A DNA stretch of 64,000 nucleotides from the human T2T-CHM13v2.0 reference genome, Homo sapiens. The stretch lies in NCBI RefSeq assembly GCF_009914755.1, contig NC_060927.1; one strand, written 5' to 3'. Both the position numbers and the translations under genes were made by a program. Position 1 is the first letter of the stretch. Each line of letters starts with the position of its first letter. A model generated the notes under the pieces. It worked only from the letters and a program-made list of their open reading frames with translations, searched no databases and was not told the origin of the DNA. This document shows positions 39,637-64,000 of this stretch, piece by piece.

Positions 39637-42221
39637 TGAGGTGATCCGCCCATCTCAGCCTCCCAAACTGCTGGGATTACAGGCGTGAGCCACTGCGCCC
39701 AGCCAGGGTTTTCTTTTAGAAACAATTTCAGAAGCCAAATGACTCCAAAACAAATTGGTTGGTCATAAAACATAGAAAGGAAATTATTAACAACAATAGC
39801 TAACAACAATAGAGCACCAGCTCTATGTCAGGCATAATGCCAGAAGGCACATGATCATATGGGCATAACAACAGTTTTAGATGGCTACCATTATCATCCC
39901 ATTTTACAGATGAGGGAACTGAGGCAAGGACACACAGCTAACAGTGCTTGAGTTGTAGATCCATTTCAAGCTGTCCAATTCCACAACCCTCTATTTTTTT
40001 AAAATAACTATTTTTTTTTCTTTGAGATGGAATCTTGCCCTGTTGCCCAGGCTGGAGTGCAGTGGTGCGATCTCGCTCACTGCAACCTCCGCCTCCTGGG
40101 TTCAAGCGATTCTCCTGCCCCAGCCTCCCAAGTAACTGGGCTTACAGGAGCGCGCCTCCATGCCCAGCTAATTTTTGCATTTTTAGAAGGGACGGGGTTT
40201 CACCATGTTGGTCAGGCTGGTCTCGAACTTCTGACCTCGTGATCCGCCCGCCTCGGCCTCCCAAAGTGCTGGGATTACAGGCATGAGCCACCGCGCCCGG
40301 CCTAAAATAACTATTTGGATAGAATTTGTAACAAGGAGAAAATATGCAAGAAACATCCTTACATAGTACCTGCACCTTTAATCATTATAGTTTATTTGTT
40401 CAATAAATAAATAGGCATTCAAACATAGTACATAACTAATCTTAATTAAGAAAACACCAACAGGCCGGTTGCAGTGGCTTACACCTGTAATCCCAGCACT
40501 TTGGGAGGCCGAGGCAGGCAGATCGCTTGAGCCCAGGGGTTCAAGACCAGCCTGGGCAACATAGCAAAGACCCTGTCTCTATAAAAAATACAAAAATTAG
40601 CTGGGGCATGGTGGCGCATGCCTGTGGTACCAGCTACATGGGGAGGTGGAGGTGGAAGGATCACCTGATCCTGGGAAGTCAAGGATCCAGTAAGCCGTGA
40701 TCATGCCACTGCACTCCAGCCTGGATGATGGAGGGAGACCCTGTCTCAAAAAAAAAAAAAAAAAAAAAAACCCACAAACAAACATACAAACAAAAAACAC
40801 CAACATACTCAAAATGGTAATCCAAAACAAGATTAATCTTGGCTGAAAGCCACAATGCTGAAGGGGGAAATGAAGAGTGTCTAATATTTGCTGCACAGGC
40901 TGGGCGCGGTGGCTCACGCCTGTAATCCCAACACTTTGGGAGGCCAAAGCGGGCGGATAATGAGGTCAGGAGATCGAGACCATCCTGGCTAACACGGTAA
41001 AACCCTGTCTCTACTAAAAATACAAAAAAAGAGAAAAATTAACCGGGCATGGTGGCAGGTGCCTGTAGTCCCAGCTACTGGGGAGGCTGAGGCAAGAGAA
41101 TGACGTGAATCTGGGAGGCGGATCTTGCAGTGAGCCAAGATCAAATTTACTGCACAATTCTTCTTCTTTTTTTTTTTTTTTTTTGAGACAGAGTCTCGCT
41201 CTGTCACCCAGGCTGGAGTGCAGTGGCGCGATGTTGGCTCACTGCAAGCTCCGCCTCCCAGGTTCACGCCATTCTCCTGCCTCAGCCTCCTGAGTTGCTG
41301 GGACTGCAGTCACCTGCCACCACGCCTGGCTAATTTTTTTTTGTATTTTTAGTAGAGACGGGGTTTCACCGTGTTAGCCAGGATGGTCTCGATCTCCTGA
41401 CCTCGTGATCCGCTCATCTCGTCCTCCCAAAGTGCTGGGATTAGAGGCGTGAGCCACCGCGCCCGGCCAATTTACTGCACAATTCTTACTCATTTCTGTA
41501 TTTGTCCTTCCTGAGGTTTACTTGCAATAAAGAGTCACGAAAGCTTACAGCTTAGAGAAATCCTAGAGACCTTTCAGTGCAAACCTTTCTAGCCCCCACA
41601 TTTGGCAGATGGGTGCTGGCCTGAAGAGGGGTCAGGGTGCTCTGCGTCACATGGAGCTGTGGGCAGCTGAGAGCCCAGATGGATCTCCTGGGATCAAAGC
41701 CCAGCTGTCATTTACAAGCTGTGTGACCTTGACAGCGACTTAACCTCACAGAGACTTGATCTTATCTTCAAATGGAGCAAGGAATACCTATGTTACAAGA
41801 TTACTGAATTAAAAAAAGATAAGATACGGAAAGAGCTTGGCATTTAGTAGGCATCCAACAAATATTCCTTTACCTGTTCAAATAGCTTTTCCACACTTCA
41901 GATTATTTCTCTAATATAGAGTTCCTGAAGTTAGGGCCGAGCATGGTGGCTGAACACTTTTGCCCACACTTTAGGAGACCAAGGCGGGAGGATCAATTAA
42001 GGCTAGGACTTCAAGACCAGACTGGGCAACACAGAGAGACCCTGTCTCTACAAAAAAAAAAAAAGTTAGCTGGGCATGGTGGTACTTGCTTGTGGTCCCA
42101 GCTACTTGGGAGGCTGAGTGGGGAGGATCATTGGAGCATGGGAGGTCAAGACTGCAGTGAACCATGATTGAGCCTGGATGACAGCACTCCAGCCTAAGTG
42201 ACAGAGCGAGACCTTGTCTCA

Positions 42222-42689
<468 letters not shown>

Positions 42690-43270
42690 TCAAAGTGCTA
42701 GGATTACAGGTGTGAGCCACCTCACCCAACCTGTTCCCTGTTTTCTGATTTAGCTGTTTGTGATCTTGGACCATTTGGGTATTGGTGTTTTTTTCTTACC
42801 AGTATATAAGAATTATTTTTTATGATAAAGAAGTTAACTTCTCCAGCCTTGGCAATGTGGTGAAACCCCATCTCTAGTGAAAATACAAAAACTAGCCCAG
42901 TGTGGTGGCATGAGCCTGTAATCCCAGCTACTAGGGAGGCTGAGGCAGGAGAATTGCTTGAACCCAGGAAGCGGAGATTGCAGTGAGCCAAGATTGTGCC
43001 ACTGTATTTCAGCCTGGGCAATAAAGCAATAATCCGTCTCAAAAAAAAAAAAAAAAAAAAGGCCGGTGAGGTGGCTCATGCCTGTAATCCCAGCACTTTT
43101 TGGGGCTGAGGTGGGTGGATCAACTGAGGCCAGGAGTTGCAGATCAGCCTGGCTAACATGGTGAAATCCCATCTCTACTTAAAATACAAAAAATCAGTTG
43201 GGTGTGGTGGTACTTGCCTGAGGCTGATACAGGAGAATTGCTTGAGCCCTCGAGGCAGAAGTTGAAGTGA

Positions 43271-44238
<968 letters not shown>

Positions 44239-44239
44239 C

Positions 44240-45955
<1,716 letters not shown>

Positions 45956-46344
45956 GTCAAGTGTGGTGGCAGGCCGGTAGTCCCAATTACTCAGGAGGCT
46001 GAGGTGAGAGGATCCCGTGAGCCCAGGAGTGTGAGCCCAGTCTGGACAACATAGAGAGCCCTCTCCCAAAAAAAGGTTTGCTAACTGATTCCAATGTGTT
46101 TTCAGTATGTTCTTGACTAAGAAGGGCAGAAAGTTACCACATCACTGGGTGGTGATTTAACTTCTGAACCTCAGTTTTCTTTTCTGTAAAATGGGTGTAA
46201 CATAGTTCTTACCTCATAAGGTTGTTATGGAGAATTAATGAGTTTAAAAATGCAAAGCATTTAGGCCGGGCACAGTGGCTCACGCCTTTAATCCCAGCAC
46301 TTTGGGAGGCCGAGGCGGGCAGGAGATCGAGACCATCCTGGCTA

Positions 46345-46629
<285 letters not shown>

Positions 46630-48229
46630 TTAGTATGTATTAGCAACAGACCATTTATTCTGAAAAATCCTCTGTGTTTCCAGACTTGGTAGCCACCCTA
46701 TACATACTAGGTACTTTTAAAATACATTATCTTGTGGCTGGGTGCGGTGGCTCACACCTGTAATCCCAGCAATTAGGAGGTCAAGGCTGGCGGATCACTT
46801 GAATCCAGGAGTTCAAGACCAGCTTGGGCAACATGGTGAAATCCCATCTCTACAAAAAATACAAAAAATTAGCCGGGTGTGGTGGTGCGCCCCTGTAGTC
46901 CCAGCTACTCATGAGGCTGAGGTGGGAGGATCACCTGAGCCCAGAAAGTGGCAGTTGCAGTGAGCCAAGATGGTGCTACTGCACTACAGCCTGGGTGACA
47001 GGGCAAGACCCTGTCTCAAGAAATAAATAAGTATAAATACATACATACATACATACATACATACATTATTTTATTTAATCCTCCCAATAGTCCTATAAGG
47101 TTGGTTTTATCTCCATTTTACTAGTAAGGAAACAAGGGATCAGAGAGTGAAGTTACTTGCCTAAGGTCACACAGCTAGTGAGGGCTAGGGACAAGGTTCA
47201 CACTGCTCATGTTCTTTTCACTCCAGTTGCTCTGTCATCTTAGGCCATCTACTCGGGTGTGCCTTTCTCAATCACCCAAGTCACGCTTTGGTCCACTGAG
47301 AATGGAAAAATCCAGCCCAGTTCCAGATGCCAGGCCCCAGCTGGAGCTCCTGCCTGACTGATGCTGCCACATGATAGGCTGATTTATAGAGAAGTAGGAG
47401 AGCATTCCCCACACCCAGCGTCACCCTGATGCAGGATTCCTAAGGTGGAGGGAGAAGCAGGCTGGCAACTAGCTCCGCCTCCTGAGAAGTTGGTGGGGGC
47501 TGGGGAAAGTGCGGTGGAGAGAAAGACCACTGAAGCCCCACGGAGAGATGCCAGGGCTTACATTTACACAGGGGCATAAACATAGTGGCCCCACAATTCC
47601 TTCTAACTCTGTCCCTTGGGTAAGCCCCAGAGTCTCCTAAGTGCATCCACGCAGGCTTGTTTTAAGGCGCCATCGACGTGAGCAAAGTGCGCAGTGACCT
47701 TTTCTAAATAGATCTCATTGGGCTGTGACTTTGAAAGCGGGCCAAAGTCCCCAACCCAAAATAGACAGCCTACTGCCCTGTTATTTTCATGGCTTAAAAA
47801 AAAAAAAAAAAACCCTCCAAAGCAAAGCAACTATTTTTATCACAGGCCTCTCTTAGAATAGCAACACCTATTTACTTGGAGGGAGGAGACTGCAGGGACA
47901 GTTTCAGAGCTGGTGACTGTACCAGACAGGGTGGATGAGCACACACAGAGGGAATCCTCCTACCCATCGCAGGGCCTGGCTGGCTCCGGTACATCTACCT
48001 CCAGTACTTACACACAGGTCCCAGCCCACCCCGCACCATGCACCTCATTTTTTTTTTTTTTTGAGACAGAGTCTTGCTCTGTCACCCAGGCTGGAGTGCA
48101 GTAGCCGATATCTTGGCTTACTGCAACCTCTGCTTCCTGGGTTCAAGCAATTTTCGTGTCTCAGCCTCCCTAGTAACTGGGATTACAGGCACCTGCCACC
48201 ACGCCCATCTAATTTTTTTTTATTTTTAG

Positions 48230-48358
<129 letters not shown>

Positions 48359-49027
48359 TAAACAGCTCCTGCTCCTCCTCACTTTATAAACAGCTCCTGC
48401 TCCTCCAGGCTTTGCTTTCATGTTTGGAGCTGCAGCCCTCAGACCCTTTATTTCTCTCCACCACTAAAATTCGGATCTTCTTAGGGCCGGAGGCTCACCA
48501 AATCTAAAGAGCATACATCAGCCATGAATAATCAGTCGTAGCTGAATTTTTATTGAGCACGACAGAATGCCAGGGACCACGCTAAGCATTTCTCATGTAT
48601 TATCTCACTGAATTTTTAGGCCTGCTCTATGAGGTTGGGCTATGAACAGTCCCATTTTACATAAGGTAAGACTGAAACTTAGATTAAGTCATTTGCCCAT
48701 AATCACACAGTTAAGCAGAGGAAAAGCTGGGAGATCTGAACCCAGGCTTAATGACTCCCGGCTGTGAGCTCTGGATCATTCTTTCATCATTGTAGGATTT
48801 TATTTTATTTTATTTTAGAGACAGGGTGTTGCTCTGTCACCCAGACTGGAGTGCAGTGATGCAATCATGGCTCACTGGCTGGGCATGGTGGCTGTCGCCT
48901 ATCATCCCAACATTCTGGGAGGCTGAAGTAGAGGATTGCTTGAGCTCTGGAGTTTGCGATAAGCCTGGGCAACATGGCAAAACCCCATTACTACAATAAA
49001 AAGAAAAAAAAATTAAAATTGGCTGGG

Positions 49028-49165
49028 TAGGTACAGCAAACCACCATGGCACATGTATACCTATGTAACAAGCCTGCACATTCTGCACATGCATCTTGGT
49101 TGTTGTTTTTTGTTTTTTTTTTTTAAGAAGAAGAAATAAAGAAAAAAAAAAGAAAGAAAAGAAAA
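49028..49165 (+). mobile_element. Extremely 5'-truncated L1PA 3' end inserted inside an Alu
   Basis: GGTACAGCAAACCACCATGGCACATGTATACCTATGTAACAAGCCTGCACATTCTGCACATG followed by a T-tract, AATAAA and an A-rich tail. Confidence 0.8.
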
Positions 49166-50724
49166 ACTGGAAACACTAAAAATGCTTAGTAGTGGTATAG
49201 ACCCAGCTACTCAGGAGGCTGAGGTGGAGGATTTCTTAAGCTTGGGAGTTCAAGGCTGCCGTGAGCAATGTTCAAGCCCCTGCACTCCAGCCTGGGTGAT
49301 AGAGACTCTATCTCAAAAAAAAAAAAAAAAAAAAAAAGAAAAAGAAAAAAAAGAAAAGAAAACAAATACTAGTAGTTTATTTTGGGAAAAATAATTAGGA
49401 GAACGCTGTCAGTGTCTCTGGTGGGGCAGTGTGGTGTGGTGGTTAATGACACACACTCTAGAGTCAGGCTGCTTGAATTTAAATCTGAGCACTGCTACTT
49501 TCTACCTGTGTGACCCTGGGTCATCTATGGAGTGTCTCTGTGCCTTTGCTTTTTTACCTATGGAATAGTACCATCTATCTCATATGATGGACCTGAGGAT
49601 AAACATGTGAAAAGTGCTCAGGAAACTGAGGCTCAGAGAGGGATAGTGATTCGTCCAAGGTCACACAGCATAGTGACTGGTAGAGCTAGAATTCAAACCT
49701 AGGAGTTTCTGATTCCAAAGCCTGTGATTTTCTAAGGCTATTTATGAGTCTAGCACTTTCCCTCTCCAATGGTTCCTCCAACCTCAACATTCTGAGACGA
49801 ATTATTAAGGAAAAATATTCTCTCTGTGGCATTTCTTCTCTTTTTTGCCTTGAAGTAAAAGCTGTTGGCTACCAACATCATCTCTAAATGAAATGAGGTT
49901 TTCCTTCTCAGGACACACAAATGGTTAAATTAAAGGTGGAGCTGGTCTCTGCTACCTGTGCTAGCTGGCAGTCCTCTGCCTACCCTCACCTTCTCTCTGA
50001 GCAATTCAGCAAATGCCTATTAGGTGCCCATTCTACCTTGAGGACAGTGCTAACCGTTAAGAAATTATTAGAGCTCTTCAAGCAGAAGGGCAAAAGTTGT
50101 GTGGAGATGGAGATGGAACTAACACCTACTCAGCCCCTACTGTATGCCAGGCACATGGAATCTTCACAACAACCCACTTTTTCTTTTTCTTTTTTTGAGA
50201 TGGAGTCTTGCTCTGTCACCCTGGCTGGAATGTAGTGTCGCAATCTCGGCTCACTGCAACTTCTGCCTCCTGGGTTTAAGCAATGCTCCAGCCTCAGCCT
50301 CCTGAATAGCTGGGATTACAGGTGCGCATCACCACGCCCGGCTAATTTTTGTATTTTTAGTAGAGATGGGTTTTCACCATGTTGGCCAGGATTGTCTCGA
50401 TCCCCTGACCTCAGGTGATTTGCCTGCCTTGGCCTCCCAAAGTGCTAGGATTACAGTTGTGAGCCACCACGCCCGGCCAGCGAGTTTTTCTTTTTTTATG
50501 TCTTTGAGACAGGGTCTGGCTCTGTCACCCAGGCTGCTGGAGTCCAGTGGCGCGATCTTGGCTCACTGCAAGCTCTGCCTCCTGGGTTCACACCATTCTC
50601 CTGCTTCAGCCACCCGAGTAGCTGGGACTACAGGTGCCCACCACCAGGCCCGGCTAATTTTTTTTTGTATTTTTAGTAGAGACGGGGTTTCACCGTGTTA
50701 GCCAGGATGGTCTTGATCTCCTGA

Positions 50725-50970
<246 letters not shown>

Positions 50971-51394
50971 TAGTAGAGATGGGGTTTCACCGTGTTAGCC
51001 AGGATGGTCTCGATCTCCTGACCTCATGATCCACCCACCTTGGCCTCCCAAAGTGCTGGGATTACAGGCGTGAGCCACTGCGCCCAGCTTTTTTAATATT
51101 TTTTGTAGAGACATGGTTTCACCATGTTGCCCAGGCTGGTCTTGAACTCCTGACCTTAAGCAATCCGCACGCCTTGGACTCCCAAAGTGCTGGGATTACA
51201 GGTGTGAGCCACCAGGCCCGGCCAACAACCCACTTTCTAAACTATATGGAATTTCCTGAGTATTACCTGTGAAGTAGGTATTATTCCCATTTTATAGCTG
51301 ATAAACCAGAAGGTCTGCAAGAAGAATTTCCTCCAAGCCACATGGGTTGTAAGAGAGAAGTTGCATCTCACACCCAAAACTTATAATCTAAAAA

Positions 51395-52251
<857 letters not shown>

Positions 52252-52526
52252 TCAAGACTTGGGAGGGTTAAGGCCTGTGGCAAATGAACTCCTTCTCTCC
52301 TGACCTCAGTCTCTTCTACTTTTTGTGATGGGACTGCAGAGCTGATAGCTTTCTCTGTGCATTTCAAACTTTGTGCTGACATGCCCCAGATGAGCTGGGT
52401 ATACTAGCAGCTTTCTAGTGTTTATTCCCTAAGTTCAAAAGTAGTTTGACTTAAACCTCAACTTGAATGGAAAGGAAATCCTAAATTTAAGTAACACATA
52501 TCAAACATTGGCATATGAGCTCCCTG

Positions 52527-52639
52527 ATGGGTGGCCAACCGTGCCAGTTTGCCCAGGACTAAGGGATTTTGTGGGATGCAGGACTTTCACTGCTAAAACT
52601 AGCACAGTCCTGGGCAAACTGGGATGGTTGGTCACCATA
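52527..52639. mobile_element. MER81-like hAT MITE (palindromic)
   Basis: Terminal inverted repeats GGGTGGCCAACCGTGCCAGTTTGCCCAGGACT / AGTCCTGGGCAAACTGGGATGGTTGGTCACC. Confidence 0.75.
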
Positions 52640-52689
52640 TCCCTCTTTTCAGCTTCTCAAATGAACACATAGGCAATTCCTTACTTAGC

Positions 52690-53192
<503 letters not shown>

Positions 53193-54119
53193 TGCTCCTC
53201 CTGAAGTCGTCTTTCGCTCTGAGTAGCACATTTTTTTTCAGGAACATGAAAAATTGGCTGAAGAAAGGAAAAAGGAAAAGGGGCCAACTTTTACTGAATC
53301 CATGCCTTTCACCCTGGTCAGCACCCAAGTGCCAGAAGATGTACTGTCTGTGAAGTAGGGGTTATTTGTGCCAATTATGCAGATAAACACTGAGGATCAG
53401 AGAAGTTCTTAACTTGGCCAAGGTCACACGACTAGGAATTAGTGGTGAACTGTGTGATTCCAGGTCTGTCTCTTCACACTAAGGCCAGGACAAGAATTTG
53501 CAAAACTAATTGCTGATGGTAGAAGTCAGAGGTATACGGATGGGAGAGAGTCACGAGCAAGCTTGTCAGGGGGCTGGAGGTGTTCTAAATCTTAGTATTA
53601 GTGGTTGTTGCAGGGGTTTGCAAGATGTAAACATCTCTGAGATGTATGTGGAAAATAAACGCACTTTAAGTTTACCATCTGTATGTTACACCTAAAAGTC
53701 CATAAGCTCCTCAGCCAACAGTGACCTTGCGGTAGGACCCACTAGTTGACCCTGGAGGTCTGCATGGGCAGTGGACTGAAGAAGGCAAAGGCTGTGGAGT
53801 CAGATGGAACTGGATTCCAGTCCAGCTTATGACGTTGGGCAAGTCACTGGACATCATAAATTGAGGGAGCAATACCTACCTAACTGGGTTAGCCTTGAGG
53901 CCTAAGGAAGAAAATACATGTCAAGTCTCTAGCACAGGGCTTGGCACCAGACAGAACAGGCAGTTCCTAAGTGGTCAGTAAATGGTGGCTTTAAGCCATC
54001 TTTAAGACGTCTGTCCTGTTAGAAGGATACAGAGTCGGAGACTTCTTGAGGTAACAGGAACAGCTGAGGAACGGGAACACCTAGGGACAGAGCATTTACA
54101 GAACTTGTCCTAGGTCTTC

Positions 54120-58708
<4,589 letters not shown>

Positions 58709-58859
58709 GCCATTGGCCAAATCCAATCAGAAATTAAAGAACAAGAAGCCCAGGAAAAGTGTGCTTATAATCATCCTCCAGAAGCAGAGAGTGGAATGGA
58801 GAAGGGTGGGGAGTGGATCTGGAGGGGTGAACTGAAGATAACTAACACTGGTCCTGAAG

Positions 58860-59511
<652 letters not shown>

Positions 59512-59629
59512 TCAGGAAAGCCATTCCAGTTTTCTGGGGCTCACTAAAGTGAGCACTCACTCCCTTATTAGGCAGCATGAAATGAGTGAGCCCATAAAAT
59601 GGGGCCAGCAGAAGAGCTGGGGCTATTTC

Positions 59630-59891
59630 CAAAGAGGGAATCCAGATGGCCAACAAACCCTTGAAAAGGGGCCAAACCTCAATAGTCACCAGAGAAATGT
59701 GAATTAAAACCACAATGAGCTTCCATTTTACGCCCACTAAATTGGCTAAAAATAAAAAACCTAATGATACTAGAATTTGGCAGGGGTATTAAGCAAGTGG
59801 AACTCTCAGGTGCTGTTGGTAGGAATGCAAGTTGATATAACCATCTTGGGAACAGTTTGACATTAACTAGTGTGGTTGAGGATGTGCATAG
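59630..59891 (+). mobile_element. Old L1ME fragment (target of the ERVL insertion)
   Basis: GAAATGTGAATTAAAACCACAATGAG...GGAACTCTCAGGTGCTGTTGGTAGGAATGCAAG. Confidence 0.65.
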
Positions 59892-60268
59892 TGTGTTAAG
59901 CCAGGTTTCCTGAGAAACTGAGGAGGGTGTTGGCATGCAGAGGTTTTGTGGGGAATGCCCTTAGAAATAGCACCTATGAGGTAGTGAGGAATCAGGATTT
60001 CCCATAGGGAGAGGATGAACTGTGCTAGAGTTGTAACAGAGACCTCTGTCACTGGGAGCTCTGAAACTGGGATGGCCCTTCACAGTTGTCCTGAACTGAC
60101 AGAAGGGCATCATGCCTTTATACTCCTCTGTTGATCAGTCATTGGCTGGAACTGCACCCAAAGAGTGGTTGCAACCTTTTCCACTAGAGGGCTCTCCTGC
60201 CACCTGGGAAGTGAGTGAGTGCCTTGGTCCTGAAGAGGGAGATCTAACACATCACAGCATCCACTACA
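59892..60268 (-). mobile_element. ERVL LTR (LTR16A-like), 3' LTR of the adjacent provirus remnant
   Basis: The minus strand begins TGTAGTGGATGCTGTGATGTGTTAGATCTCCCTCTTCAGGACCAAGGCACTCA, an LTR16-type 5' end. Confidence 0.65.

Positions 60269-64000
<3,732 letters not shown>

Overview
Human (primate) genomic DNA, extremely Alu-rich. From recalled mRNA sequence, the CpG island at about 16.9-17.9 kb is the promoter and non-coding exon 1 of RAF1 (minus strand, 3p25). Bases 1-17327 are therefore RAF1 intron 1, and everything above about 17.8 kb is upstream intergenic DNA. There is no intact protein-coding exon; nearly all ORF-track entries are Alu, SVA or LTR artefacts. Main elements: a full-length young SVA (probably SVA_F) antisense in intron 1 with a 15-bp TSD and a 31-bp non-SVA 5' leader; an Alu-disrupted CRIP1 processed pseudogene; a HERV-K(HML-2) LTR5B-type solo LTR; two MER49-like solo LTRs; a near-complete MLT1 MaLR; an LTR16A/ERVL remnant with decayed pol; Tigger2, MER44, MER45, MER5A and MER81 DNA-transposon fossils; and old L1/L2/MIR pieces. 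I see no convincing new biological system. The best leads are: the SVA leader and its XDP-like geometry; SINE-R/LTR5 direct repeats flanking the RAF1 promoter; a candidate cryptic 5'UTR exon with tandem-duplicated acceptors; paired palindromic YY1 and GC-box motifs and uORFs at RAF1 exon 1; an unidentified polyadenylated retro-fragment; and several template-switch and inverted-Alu scars. Repeat subfamily names come from memory of consensus sequences, not from a search.
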